Below are positions 20,073 through 30,690 of a DNA stretch of 64,000 bases, piece after piece (position 1 is the first letter of the stretch; every line of letters begins with the position of its first letter). The stretch covers positions 4,895 through 68,894 of the forward strand of contig CAMVAF010000002.1 in NCBI GenBank assembly GCA_947165365.1, in the 5' to 3' direction. The DNA comes from an uncultured Clostridia bacterium. Lineage in GTDB: Bacteria > Bacillota_I > Bacilli_A > RF39 > UBA660. A model generated the notes under the pieces. That model had not been told where the DNA came from, did no database searches, and was given only the letters and a program-made list of their open reading frames with translations. Both the position numbers and the translations under genes were made by a program.

Positions 20073-21758
20073 ATGGAGTATAAAACTATATCAATAAGAG
20101 AAGTAATTGAAAAAATAAATGACAAAGAGATGTATTTACCAGAAATACAAAGAGGATTTGTTTGGAAAGAAAAACAAGTAGAAAAATTATTTGAATCAAT
20201 ATTTGTAGGTTATCCTATAGGAACATTATTATTTTGGAAAACAACTAAGAAAGACATCAATAAAAATGAACTTGTTTTATATGATTTTATAAAGGACTTT
20301 CATGAAAGAGATAACAAGGATAATACTAAAGCTTCTCAAATATCATCTAATTATGAAAGCTATTATATTGTTCTTGATGGACAACAAAGATTATCATCAC
20401 TTTATATAGGATTACAGGGGTCATTAGCTTATAAACTACCATATCTTTGGTGGAGTTCTGATTCTGCTTTTCCACAGAAAAAGTTATTCTTTAATTTAGA
20501 TGCAGAAGGATTAGTTGATGATGAAGAAGATAATAAAATTCCATTATTTAAATTCTTTGATGTAAAGAAAGTACCAAAAGATAATATGTGGTTTGAAGTA
20601 TCAAAAATTTTGCAATTTGAACAGTTATCAGAGATAATAAGTTATTCAAATGATAATAATTTAACATCTAATCAAATAAATAATTTAACAAAATTTTGGG
20701 GAATGATTAATTTGGAAAATCCTCCAATTATTCATTATTTAACAATACAAGATACAAACTATGATGATGTATTAAATATATTTGTAAGATTAAATTCAAG
20801 TGGTACACCTTTATCAAAACCAGATTTATTATTTTCCACAATGTTGTTAGATTGGAATGGTGGAAGAGAAGAAATTGAAAAACTAATTAAGAAAATAAAC
20901 AATAAAGGTGATAAATTTAATTTTTCTAAAGATTTTATAATGAGAACATGTTTAGTATTATCAGGTGCATCCGTAAATATGAAAGTAGAATCATTTAAAA
21001 AAGATAAAATTGAATATATAAGAGATAATTTTACAAAAATATCAGATGCAATAGAAAAAGCTGTTGATTCGTTAGTTGAATTAGGTTATTCAAATGATAA
21101 TATTTTATCTTATAACGCCATAATTCCGTATATATATTACATATACAAAGGAGGCTCAAATAAAGAAGAAAGTGTTAATGGATTAAGAAAATATTTAGCA
21201 ATATCTTTCTTAAAAAATATCTATGGTGTTGCATCAAATTCTGCATTATCTAATACAAGAAACGCAATTGATAATTATAATTGTTCAAAGATGTCGTTTG
21301 ATACATGTATTTTTGATGGTGTCCATTTAGTAGGAGATAGAGAATTTAAAATAACAAAGGAAGATGTTACATCATATATGGATAGAGAAAAAGGTTTATA
21401 TACTTTCTATTTATTAACATTATTGTATCCTGATTTAAAATTAGGACAAATCAAGTTTCATCAAGATCATGTTCATCCATATGTTAGTTTTGATGAATTA
21501 GATTCAACGAAACTAACTGAAGAACAAATATTAAATTGGAAACAGATGAGAAATACACTGCCAAATCTACAGTTATTAGAAGGTAGTGAAAATGAATCAA
21601 AAAATCGAGATTCATTAACTGATTGGGTAAAAGCAGGTAACAAAGTTTTATATAGTGATGAAAATGAATCAACAGATTTATATAATTTTGAAAATTATTA
21701 TAAAAAAAGAAAAGAAAATATGATTGAAAAGTTGTTAGAGATATTTGATTTAAAGTAG
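20073..21758 (+). CDS. GmrSD-like type IV restriction endonuclease candidate (DUF262 ParB-like N-domain + DUF1524 HNH-like C-domain)
   Basis: DGQQRLSSL (DUF262 DGQQR motif) near the N-terminus. C-terminal QDHVHPYVSF His-Me finger-like motif. Confidence 0.75.
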   Translation: MEYKTISIREVIEKINDKEMYLPEIQRGFVWKEKQVEKLFESIFVGYPIGTLLFWKTTKKDINKNELVLYDFIKDFHERDNKDNTKASQISSNYESYYIVLDGQQRLSSLYIGLQGSLAYKLPYLWWSSDSAFPQKKLFFNLDAEGLVDDEEDNKIPLFKFFDVKKVPKDNMWFEVSKILQFEQLSEIISYSNDNNLTSNQINNLTKFWGMINLENPPIIHYLTIQDTNYDDVLNIFVRLNSSGTPLSKPDLLFSTMLLDWNGGREEIEKLIKKINNKGDKFNFSKDFIMRTCLVLSGASVNMKVESFKKDKIEYIRDNFTKISDAIEKAVDSLVELGYSNDNILSYNAIIPYIYYIYKGGSNKEESVNGLRKYLAISFLKNIYGVASNSALSNTRNAIDNYNCSKMSFDTCIFDGVHLVGDREFKITKEDVTSYMDREKGLYTFYLLTLLYPDLKLGQIKFHQDHVHPYVSFDELDSTKLTEEQILNWKQMRNTLPNLQLLEGSENESKNRDSLTDWVKAGNKVLYSDENESTDLYNFENYYKKRKENMIEKLLEIFDLK

Positions 21759-21827
21759 CTAATAAACGATAATTATAAAGAAATACTTTGTAATTAATGT
21801 TATAATAGATATTGAAGGTGATACTTA

Positions 21828-22142
21828 ATGGAAGAATTGACTGAGAAAATAAGAAAATTTGCTGAAGAAAGAGATTGGTTACAGTTTAACACACCAGAAA
21901 ATTTAGCAAAATCAATTTCCATAGAAGCAGGTGAATTACTAGAATGTTTTCAGTGGAATAATAATTACAATAAAGATGAATTAAAATATGAAATAGCTGA
22001 TGTTATGAATTATTGTATATTGCTTTGCTCTCAAATTGGAGTAGATCCAAAGCAAATTATTTTAGAAAAAATGGAGATATCAGCAAGAAAGTATCCAGTA
22101 GAAAAAGCAAAGGGTAAAAGTACAAAATATACAAAATTGTAA
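21828..22142 (+). CDS. MazG-like nucleotide pyrophosphohydrolase (all-alpha NTP-PPase)
   Basis: 104 aa. FAEERDWLQFNTPENLAKSISIEAGELLECFQW matches the MazG-like EExxE/D helix pair. Confidence 0.65.
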   Translation: MEELTEKIRKFAEERDWLQFNTPENLAKSISIEAGELLECFQWNNNYNKDELKYEIADVMNYCILLCSQIGVDPKQIILEKMEISARKYPVEKAKGKSTKYTKL

Positions 22143-22153
22143 GGAGTAATTTT

Positions 22154-23932
22154 ATGGAAGTAGTAAATCCGATAATTCATTTAGTTCCGGATAATTTAAA
22201 AGGATTAAAGATTTTAAAAGATAGATTAGAATTGAATGACAAAGAGTCAGAATTAATTAATAATTTTCCTACTGTTTATATTCATAATTGGGAAAATAGT
22301 GAAAAATATGAGGTATATGTAGGAGAGTCAAATGATTTTTTTCAAAGAACGCAGCAGCATTTTGATAATGAAAATCAAAACCATAAATGGCAAAAAAATA
22401 TTAAAGATAAAAATGCATCATTATATGTAATTGCTCATCCTGAATTTAATAAATCGATGACATTAGATGTTGAGAATAAACTAATTCATTATTTGAGTAG
22501 TTCAGTAAGTGTTGCCAAAGTTCATAATGCAAGAGGAAATCCTCAAAATAAATATTACCCATGTGAAGATTTTAACAAAATTTTCTCAAAAATATGGAGA
22601 ATATTAAGAGATTATGATAGTAAATTATTTTTACCTGAAAGTGTAATTAAAGACTCTGCTATTTATAAAGCATCTCCACTACATAAATTAACCTTAAAAC
22701 AGTTACATGCCAAAGAAATAATTATTGATAAAATTGGGGAATGTTTATTAAAGAATGATAAGCATCAACTTGTTTTTGTTCAAGGGGAATCAGGAACAGG
22801 AAAAACTGTATTAATGAGTAGTATTTTCTATGATTTAATTAACATAAGAGAGCATACTCTTGAAAAAAATCAATTTAAACAAAGTAAAATAGATTGTGCT
22901 ATTGTTGTTAATCATCCTGAACAATTAGTAGTATATCAAGAAATAGTAAGAAAATTAGATTTATCTAGTAATGGGGAAAATATAGTATATAATCCAACAA
23001 CAATAATAAATTTGTTTAAGGATAAGAAAAATTCACCAAAAAAGAGAGATAAAATATATGATGTTATTTTTGTTGATGAAGCACATTTATTATTAACACA
23101 AAATAATCAATCATTTACTGACAATAATCAATTAAATGAATTATTAAAATATGCCAAGGTTGTAGTCGCAATGTTTGATAAAAAACAGATTCTATCATAT
23201 GAACAATATAAAGATGATAAATTAATTGGAGAATATATTGATTATGCAAAGTCAAATGATTCATTTATTGAATTAACAGATCAATTACGAATGATGTGTA
23301 ATAAAAAGGTTTTAAATTGGATAAAAGCATTTATTAATGATGGAAAAGTAGAAAAATTAACAAAATATCGAGGTAAATATGATATAAAAGTGTTTGATGA
23401 TCCATCAAAATTAGAAAAAGCAATAAAAAATAAAGCAAGTAATGAAAAAACAAGACTATCTAGAATGGTTGCAACATATGATTGGCCATATATTCGCGAT
23501 AAACAATGTGAAAATGATAAATACTGGAGTGTTAAAATTGATGATTGGAAAAAACCATGGAATGGAGAATATCTCAGATTTTTTTCACCAAAAGAAAAAA
23601 AGATAATTAAAGGTTTAGCATGGGCGGAACAACCACAAACTATAGATGAAGTTGGTTCTACGTTTACAATCCAAGGTTTTGATTTAAATTATGTAGGAGT
23701 GATAATAGGACCATCAGTTAAATTTAAAAATGGTAAAATTGATTATTATTCATCATTCAGTTGTAATAGAAAAGCAAAATACCGAAGAACTTTAGAAGAT
23801 GGAAGTAAGATAAATCTTTCTGAAGAATTATTAAAAAATGAACTAGGAGTTTTAATGACAAGAGGAGTTAACGGATTGTACATATATGCCTGTGATAAAG
23901 ATTTAAGAGAACAACTAAAAAAATGTGTTTAA
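22154..23932 (+). CDS. GIY-YIG nuclease-like N-domain fused to a DUF2075 P-loop NTPase (Schlafen-like helicase family)
   Basis: VYIHNW...YEVYVGESNDFFQRTQQH (GIY-YIG pattern), then QGESGTGKTV Walker A and VIFVDEAH Walker B/DEAH-like motif. Confidence 0.6.
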   Translation: MEVVNPIIHLVPDNLKGLKILKDRLELNDKESELINNFPTVYIHNWENSEKYEVYVGESNDFFQRTQQHFDNENQNHKWQKNIKDKNASLYVIAHPEFNKSMTLDVENKLIHYLSSSVSVAKVHNARGNPQNKYYPCEDFNKIFSKIWRILRDYDSKLFLPESVIKDSAIYKASPLHKLTLKQLHAKEIIIDKIGECLLKNDKHQLVFVQGESGTGKTVLMSSIFYDLINIREHTLEKNQFKQSKIDCAIVVNHPEQLVVYQEIVRKLDLSSNGENIVYNPTTIINLFKDKKNSPKKRDKIYDVIFVDEAHLLLTQNNQSFTDNNQLNELLKYAKVVVAMFDKKQILSYEQYKDDKLIGEYIDYAKSNDSFIELTDQLRMMCNKKVLNWIKAFINDGKVEKLTKYRGKYDIKVFDDPSKLEKAIKNKASNEKTRLSRMVATYDWPYIRDKQCENDKYWSVKIDDWKKPWNGEYLRFFSPKEKKIIKGLAWAEQPQTIDEVGSTFTIQGFDLNYVGVIIGPSVKFKNGKIDYYSSFSCNRKAKYRRTLEDGSKINLSEELLKNELGVLMTRGVNGLYIYACDKDLREQLKKCV

Positions 23933-23997
23933 AGGAATTTTTGTGCAATGGAATAATATCATAGTAATGCAAAAGAAATAATATCATTCTTATATAA

Positions 23998-24030
23998 AAA
24001 AAGAGTATAATGAACTCTTTTTTTGCTTCT
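23998..24030. terminator. bidirectional intrinsic terminator between convergent genes
   Basis: aaaaagagt-ataatga-actcttttttt hairpin flanked by A and T runs. Confidence 0.6.
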
Positions 24031-24048
24031 TTGGATAAATAAGTATGT

Positions 24049-25293
24049 TTAGTTTTCGCTTTCTATTATTTTTTCTATTTCATTTCCAATTTTTTCAATT
24101 ACGCCAACAACTAATGCATTGCCCATCATGAAATTTCTTTTTTTATCAGTCATACCAGTATTTGTCCAATTATCAGGAAAGCCATTAATTCTTTCGCATT
24201 CAATTGGGGTTAGTAGTCTAATTTTCTTTGTTAAATAATCTTCAACTATATGAGTAGTTCTACTTATTCCACCTTCGCTAGTAAGCATTGTTCTAGCAGG
24301 TGCTTCTAAATTATCTGGACAAGGCATAGTACCTTCAGAATAAAAGTATTCTTCTCCATTAGGCTTAACTCTTGGTATTCTTTTATTTCCTTTTAAAAAC
24401 TCGAATTTCTTGTAAGCTTCATCACTTAAGAAAAACTTTTCATCAACTTTTTCATGTTGAATTATTTTTTTTAGTGGATAAATATCATTACAATTATAAA
24501 TGACTTTTGAAGTATATACTTTACCATTTATCATAATACCTGCATTATAAAATTGTGCCCTAAATTTATCACTTACTTCAACTAAATCTTTAAATGAATC
24601 TTTTGATAAATTTGCAGTATTGAATTCAAGTTCTTCATCTTTAATTGGAAATTGTTTAACGAACATTCCATCTTTAAATATGATATCCTTTGGATTACTT
24701 TTAGAAAGTGATTTATAGTATTTAGTTGATTTATGATATGCAAATATAAAAACTCTTCTTCTTTTTTGTGGAAGGCCATATTCTCCAGCATTTATAACCC
24801 GCCATTGAACAGCATAACCGTTGTCTAAAAAGCTTCTTAAAATAATTCCAAAGTCCCTTCCACGTTGTTTAGCAGGGGAAAGTAATAATCTATCAACATT
24901 TTCTAATAGAACAAATGGTGGCTTTTTGGCTTTTAATACATCATTTATGGCCCACCATAATACGCCTTTTTTTCCATCTATGCCTTTACTGTTTGAAAGT
25001 GTTTGAGCAACGGAATAATCTTGACATGGAAATCCACCAACTAAAAGTGTATGATTTGGAATTTTCTTTTTATCTACTTGAAAAATATCAACATTACTAG
25101 CATCTTTATTACCAAATCTTTTAATATAACATTCAAAAGCTTCTTGTGTTTTAGTTGCTGGTTCCCATTGATTAGCCCACACAAATTCCCAATTTCCATT
25201 TTCTTTAACTTTATCTTTAACAAGTGTAACTTTATTTAGACCACATCTAAATCCACCAACACCAGCAAATAGTTCCACTACTGTTTTTTTCAT
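24049..25293 (-). CDS. DNA (cytosine-5)-methyltransferase (M.Sau3AI-like)
   Basis: Motif I ELFAGVGGF, motif IV GFPCQDYS, motif VI LLENV, plus C-terminal motifs. Confidence 0.9.
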   Translation of the reverse strand: MKKTVVELFAGVGGFRCGLNKVTLVKDKVKENGNWEFVWANQWEPATKTQEAFECYIKRFGNKDASNVDIFQVDKKKIPNHTLLVGGFPCQDYSVAQTLSNSKGIDGKKGVLWWAINDVLKAKKPPFVLLENVDRLLLSPAKQRGRDFGIILRSFLDNGYAVQWRVINAGEYGLPQKRRRVFIFAYHKSTKYYKSLSKSNPKDIIFKDGMFVKQFPIKDEELEFNTANLSKDSFKDLVEVSDKFRAQFYNAGIMINGKVYTSKVIYNCNDIYPLKKIIQHEKVDEKFFLSDEAYKKFEFLKGNKRIPRVKPNGEEYFYSEGTMPCPDNLEAPARTMLTSEGGISRTTHIVEDYLTKKIRLLTPIECERINGFPDNWTNTGMTDKKRNFMMGNALVVGVIEKIGNEIEKIIESEN

Positions 25294-25423
25294 AAATGTA
25301 CCTCCATGTATTGTTTCTTAACACTAAATATATTATAATATATTTATTAAAAAAGATCAATATCTTATATATTATTTTACACTATTTTAATTCGTAAAAC
25401 AAGATCTGAAAGGTATATTTTGT

Positions 25424-26152
25424 ATGAAAACTGAAATGATTAGTAATAGGCTACCTGAAAACCTAAAAAAGAAAAAGAAAATGAGAATAAGAGAAGCAAA
25501 ATCTTTTTGCAAAGAAAGACGTAAAATAAAAAAAAGGCGTAAGGTGGTTCTAGATATGATAAATGGTAACAAGGTTTATTTTGCTCTTCCTGGGAAAGAC
25601 TTGAAAAAACACTATTATGATATGTCTCCTGTTATAGAAAATAAGTTTGAAGATTATCCATTTGAAAAAATCTGGGATGATATGGTAAATATATCTATTA
25701 TTCTTGGTGATGATTTATTTAAAAAAGTACTTGTAATATTGTATAGAATGGCATATTTAATTGATTATGATATAGTGGATGGATTGGTTAGATTTAATCC
25801 TAATGATGAAATAAAAAATACTATTTTTATGGTTCAAAAAGAAATTGATAAAAATAAATTGGATTATAATTTTGAAGAAATGCTTACATTTATTGATTTA
25901 TTATCATGGAATGAAGATATGCGATATAATTATAAAAAAATAAAAAAGAAAAGGGGAAGAGTTAAATGTATATATGGAATTATGAGAGTAACAGCAACAT
26001 ATCGTGATTTTTATTTATCGATAGTAAATGGAAAAAAGATTGATATAAGACCACTATACGAATTGACTCAAGCATTTGTCAGAGGTCACGGTATGGTTGA
26101 TTGGAAAGAGGATGACTTATTTAATTATTTAAGTCAATATTTGATTAAATAG
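25424..26152 (+). CDS. hypothetical protein encoded between the MTase and REase genes (basic N-terminus)
   Basis: 242-aa ORF with an N-terminus rich in K/R (KKKKKMRIREAKSFCKERRKIKKRRK). No recognisable catalytic motif. Start uncertain; an alternative M lies at 25556. Confidence 0.3.
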   Translation: MKTEMISNRLPENLKKKKKMRIREAKSFCKERRKIKKRRKVVLDMINGNKVYFALPGKDLKKHYYDMSPVIENKFEDYPFEKIWDDMVNISIILGDDLFKKVLVILYRMAYLIDYDIVDGLVRFNPNDEIKNTIFMVQKEIDKNKLDYNFEEMLTFIDLLSWNEDMRYNYKKIKKKRGRVKCIYGIMRVTATYRDFYLSIVNGKKIDIRPLYELTQAFVRGHGMVDWKEDDLFNYLSQYLIK

Positions 26153-26172
26153 GGTAAGTTTGTAGGTGTTTT

Positions 26173-27576
26173 ATGAAAAAAGGTAGAACTTATAATAGAC
26201 TAGAAATTGAATTGATATCAAAATCTGCAATTGGTAAATCAATTAATGACATTATGAATGAAGAAGTTATTACTATTGAAGATGAAAAAGTGGCTAATAA
26301 AGGCGGATTAGGTCAATTAGTTGAACAGTATTTATTTGGAATAGAAACAAATAGTGATTCAGAACCAGATTTTATGCCTGCTGGTATTGAGTTAAAAGTT
26401 ACGCCATATAAAAAACTAAAAGATGGTAATTTATCTGCTAAAGAAAGACTTGTATTAAATATAATTGATTATATGACTGAATATAAAAATGATTTTAAAT
26501 CAAGTCATTTTTGGTTTAAAAATAATACTATTCAATTATTGTGGTATTTATGGGAACCAAATAAAGATAACAAAGATTTAAAGATTACTCACGAAAAATT
26601 ATTAGAATTAGCTCAAAGTGAAGATTTAAAACAAATAGAAGAAGATTGGAATTATATAATTAAGAAAATAAAAAAAGGTAAAGCACATGAAATATCCGAA
26701 GCAGATACGATGTATTTAGGTGCATGTACAAAGGGCGCAAATTCAAGTTCAGTTCGTGAGCAACCTTTTAGTGATATTCCTGCTATGCAAAGAGCCTTTT
26801 GTTTTAAAAACTCTTACATGACTCAATTAGTAAGAAAATATATTGGTAATTATTCAGATGTAGAGAAGATACTTAAAGGTACAACAAATACATTTAATGA
26901 ATTTGTTAATGATGTTATTAGTAAATATAAAGGTAAAACTCAAAAAGAATTAATGAAGGAATTTAATATTGATTCCTCTGCTAAAAGTATTAATAGTATG
27001 ATAATAAGTAGAATGTTTAATGTAAAAAGTAAACTAGGAGAAACTGAAGAATTTCAAAAAGCAAATATTATTCCTAAAACAATTAGAATTGAAGAAAATG
27101 GAAGAATTAAAGAGTCAATTTCATTTCCAGCGTTTAAGTTTACTGATATAGTAAATCAAGATTGGGAAACCTGTGATTTAAGAGAAGAATTAGAAACAAC
27201 CAAGTATATGTTTTTTGTATTTAAAAAAGAAAATAATGATTATGTTTTTAAAGATATTAAATTATGGAATATGCCTGAAATGGATATTGAAATATCAGTT
27301 ATGGATATGTGGATAAAGACATATAATACAATTAAAACTGGTAATATTGTTAAATATATAAAAAATGGTAAAAGAAAGACTAACTTTGTTGGTTTGAGAG
27401 AAAATGAAGTGTGTCATGTAAGGCCTCATGGAAAAAATGCTGCTGATACATACAAACTTCCTGTTCCAGATAAATTAACAGGTGCAACAAGTTATACAAA
27501 ACATTGTTTTTGGATAAATAATTTATATATAAAAAAAATATTTGAGGAATTTAATGGAGGTCTTAATATTGAATAA
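26173..27576 (+). CDS. Sau3AI-family type II restriction endonuclease (tandem MutH-like domains; predicted GATC specificity)
   Basis: Long colinear identity blocks with Sau3AI: KERLVLNIIDY, KGKAHEISEA, GACTKGANSSSVREQPFSDIPAMQRAFCFKNSYMTQLVRKYI, VCHVRPHGKN, KHCFWINNLYIKK. MutH-like GGLGQLVEQYLFG...PDF..AGIELKVTP N-domain. Confidence 0.85.
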   Translation: MKKGRTYNRLEIELISKSAIGKSINDIMNEEVITIEDEKVANKGGLGQLVEQYLFGIETNSDSEPDFMPAGIELKVTPYKKLKDGNLSAKERLVLNIIDYMTEYKNDFKSSHFWFKNNTIQLLWYLWEPNKDNKDLKITHEKLLELAQSEDLKQIEEDWNYIIKKIKKGKAHEISEADTMYLGACTKGANSSSVREQPFSDIPAMQRAFCFKNSYMTQLVRKYIGNYSDVEKILKGTTNTFNEFVNDVISKYKGKTQKELMKEFNIDSSAKSINSMIISRMFNVKSKLGETEEFQKANIIPKTIRIEENGRIKESISFPAFKFTDIVNQDWETCDLREELETTKYMFFVFKKENNDYVFKDIKLWNMPEMDIEISVMDMWIKTYNTIKTGNIVKYIKNGKRKTNFVGLRENEVCHVRPHGKNAADTYKLPVPDKLTGATSYTKHCFWINNLYIKKIFEEFNGGLNIE

Positions 27577-28828
27577 TAAAGTAACGTTTGAAGATGTTGT
27601 TAATGGTAAATGCAAAAAATTAATTATTGATTGTATATATGAAAATAAGCAGCCAAATAAAGATATGAGTTGTAGAGTTTTACCAAAGCTTATGAAAGTG
27701 CAAAATACTGGTGGATTTAGACCTATAGGTGAATATAAGAATAATTTTGCAGTAAAATATGTAGTTTTATATTCAACAGGAGAAGATATTTATTGGCAAG
27801 ATGATTTAGATGAGGAATTAGGTCTATTTATTTACTATGGAGACAATCAACGAGCTGGTAGAGATATATTAGATACAAAATTAGGAGGAAATTTAATTTT
27901 ACAAAAATCTTTTGAACTTGCTTGTTCTAATAATATTGAAGATAGAAAAAAGATTCCTCCATTTTTCTTATTTCAAAAAGATGAAAATGCTAATGTTAAA
28001 TTTTCTGGATTATTAGTTCCAGGATATAAAAATATAAACGAAAAAGAATGGCTAACTGCATTATGGGCAAAGAGAAATGAAGGTGGACGCTTTCAAAACT
28101 ATAAAGCCATGTTCACAGTTTTAGATACTGAAGATGGATCCATAGCAAATCCTAATAATGCATCAATAGATTTGCAATGGGTAAATGATTTGCTAGAAGG
28201 AAAAGGATATGAAAGTGAACATGCACCAAAAGCATGGAAAAATTGGATAGATAAATGTGTATACAAACCATTAACTGTTAATGTCGATTCTAGAATTAGA
28301 ACAAAAGAAGAGCAATTACCAAAAGAAAAAAATAAACTTGAAATGCTACAATATATCCATGACTATTTTTATAATAAAGACAGAAAATCTGATGCAAGTG
28401 ATTTTGAACCATTTGCAATAGCATTAACAATACTTGCAGATACAAATATTATTAGTTGTGATAATACAAGACCATCTAAAGATGGTGGAAGAGATGGAAT
28501 TGGTGAATATAGAATAATGAATGGTTTAAACCAAGCATTAAAAACAGTTTTTGCTGTAGAAGCTAAGTGTTATGATTTAAATAATTCAGTTGGTGTGAAA
28601 GAAACAGCAAGATTGATATCTAGAATAAGACATAGACAATTTGGAGTATTTGTTACTACATCATATGTGGATATACAAGCATATAAAGAAATAATCGAAG
28701 ATAATCATCCAATTGCTATTATAGCTGGTATAGATATAATAGATATTTTATTTCAAAATGAAATTACTGATTTAGAAAAATTAAAAGAATATTTAAGCAA
28801 TAATTTTCCTAAAGATAATGATGGTTAA
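27554..28828 (+). CDS. Mrr-cat (PD-(D/E)xK) restriction endonuclease with an N-terminal possible SRA-like modified-base-binding domain
   Basis: C-terminal GGRDGIGEY...FAVEAKCY...RQFGVFVTTSYVDIQAYKE matches Mrr_cat. N-terminal IYYGDNQRAGRDILDTKLGGNLIL resembles the SRA YxGxGG...Q.L..gNlAL pattern. The gene overlaps the Sau3AI-like gene's 3' end, with a GAGGA RBS before the ATG at 27554. Confidence 0.6.
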   Translation: MEVLILNNKVTFEDVVNGKCKKLIIDCIYENKQPNKDMSCRVLPKLMKVQNTGGFRPIGEYKNNFAVKYVVLYSTGEDIYWQDDLDEELGLFIYYGDNQRAGRDILDTKLGGNLILQKSFELACSNNIEDRKKIPPFFLFQKDENANVKFSGLLVPGYKNINEKEWLTALWAKRNEGGRFQNYKAMFTVLDTEDGSIANPNNASIDLQWVNDLLEGKGYESEHAPKAWKNWIDKCVYKPLTVNVDSRIRTKEEQLPKEKNKLEMLQYIHDYFYNKDRKSDASDFEPFAIALTILADTNIISCDNTRPSKDGGRDGIGEYRIMNGLNQALKTVFAVEAKCYDLNNSVGVKETARLISRIRHRQFGVFVTTSYVDIQAYKEIIEDNHPIAIIAGIDIIDILFQNEITDLEKLKEYLSNNFPKDNDG

Positions 28829-28929
28829 TATGGATAAATATGGTATAATAACTGTAATAAAAAGGGCGTTAGTACAAGCTTTTACAAGAAGTTTTTGTAT
28901 TGGCGTTTTTTTTGAAAGGAAGTGTCTAT

Positions 28930-30483
28930 ATGTCTGAGAAGAGAAAAAAATCTAATAAAATATCAATATATTTAATTAAGGAAGATATTAACTATAATCA
29001 AATATTAAAAGAGTTTGCTTATAATCATGTATTAAGGGAGGACAAAAATTCAGTAACATACTATTCTCCCACAAGATATAATAGACCAGATTGGTTAACA
29101 TCGTATTTTAAGTATTCAGAAGACATTAATATTAGTAATTCTCATGCACAGGTAATATCTATTCATAAAATATTAATAGATGGTAAGGAAAGAATTTTTG
29201 CAATTCCTTTTGGTAACGGTAAATATTTATTAAATGATGATGTAATAGAAGAACAATTTGGTATTAAAATACTTCTTAATAGTGTTCCAATTGATGGTTT
29301 TAGACAATTAGTTGTTGCTAATTATGGTGGAGACCATAGAATAAAAAATGAGCAAACTCCTAAAAAAACAAATATTAATGAATTTGGATTTGATATTTTT
29401 AATGATTTTGTAAGAAGGGCAACAGCTAAAAGTGAAGAAGAAATTTTTAATAATAATACTATAACAGGTGGAGATTTATTAAGTGTATCTGTCCCTGTTA
29501 CAGTTGAAAATGTTAATGAATTTTTAATTTTATGTTATGAAAGATATAATAGTGATAAATATAAAGAAAACTTTAGTTGGCTTGATAATATAAGAGAAGT
29601 TAAAGAAAAAAGTATAAGACAAAAACTAAATGATAAATTAGTAATGGTTATAAATAATAAAGAATTTGACAAAGTATGGGCTGCAGTTCCAGAAATTGTA
29701 GAATGGGAAAAGATACTTGATTTCAGATTTAATATATCAAAAGAAGGTTATGATGATATTGAAATTCAAAATATTATAGAATTGTATAAAGACCAAACTG
29801 TAACAAATGTAACTTCACTAAAAAGTAAAAAAATTTATGCTATGTCTATGAATGATAATAAAATATTATATGATTGGACTATTTTCAATTGTTTAATTGG
29901 TGAAATAGAATTTGAAGGAAGTGCATATTGTCTGAATTTTGGAAAATGGTATAAGGTTAATAAATCTTTTGTTGATACTACTAATAATTATTATGAATCA
30001 ATTAGGCTATCTAATATATCATTTCCAGATAGTAATAGTGAAAGGGAAGATGAATATAATCAAAGATTATGCAGTAGCATTGGTGGTTCTATACTAATGG
30101 ATAAGAAAACAGTCAAAACGAAAGGAATGGGAAAAGGATCAATTGAAGTATGTGATGTATTAACAGCTGAAAAACAATTAATTCATGTTAAAAAAAATGG
30201 TGGGTCAAGTTATTTAAGTCATTTATTTAATCAAGCTGCTGTATCTGGTGAAATGTTACTTGATAAAGGATTTAGGGAAGAAATTAATAAAGAATTTAAC
30301 GAAAGTATATTTAATGATAGTTTTATGCCACATAATTATACAATTGTATTAGCAATTATTACTAATAGTAATACTGAGAGACCTAAAATTCCATTTTTTA
30401 GTAAAGTATCCATTCAATATGCAATTGATGGCTTAAAAAGAAAAGGATATAATGTTGAAATAAAAAATATTTATAATAAATAG
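28930..30483 (+). CDS. uncharacterised large protein (~517 aa) of the defense island
   Basis: No canonical NTPase motif. The C-terminal segment GSIEVCDVLTAEKQLIHVKKNGGSS resembles a PD-(D/E)xK-like D...E.K arrangement (weak). Start set at MSEKRKK. Confidence 0.4.
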   Translation: MSEKRKKSNKISIYLIKEDINYNQILKEFAYNHVLREDKNSVTYYSPTRYNRPDWLTSYFKYSEDINISNSHAQVISIHKILIDGKERIFAIPFGNGKYLLNDDVIEEQFGIKILLNSVPIDGFRQLVVANYGGDHRIKNEQTPKKTNINEFGFDIFNDFVRRATAKSEEEIFNNNTITGGDLLSVSVPVTVENVNEFLILCYERYNSDKYKENFSWLDNIREVKEKSIRQKLNDKLVMVINNKEFDKVWAAVPEIVEWEKILDFRFNISKEGYDDIEIQNIIELYKDQTVTNVTSLKSKKIYAMSMNDNKILYDWTIFNCLIGEIEFEGSAYCLNFGKWYKVNKSFVDTTNNYYESIRLSNISFPDSNSEREDEYNQRLCSSIGGSILMDKKTVKTKGMGKGSIEVCDVLTAEKQLIHVKKNGGSSYLSHLFNQAAVSGEMLLDKGFREEINKEFNESIFNDSFMPHNYTIVLAIITNSNTERPKIPFFSKVSIQYAIDGLKRKGYNVEIKNIYNK

Positions 30484-30690
30484 ATAATTAGTGTTTACAG
30501 GTAATTATATTTAAAAAGCATATATAGTTACAAATGTATATATGTCTTCTTGCTGAATTTTTACATGCATTTTTTTTAGAATAAACTATACATAATTAGT
30601 AAAGTATGTTTATTTAAAATAATCAAATTCTTAACAATCATATAAAAAATATGTTAAAATAAAATTAACAAATAACTAAAGGAGAGAAAT

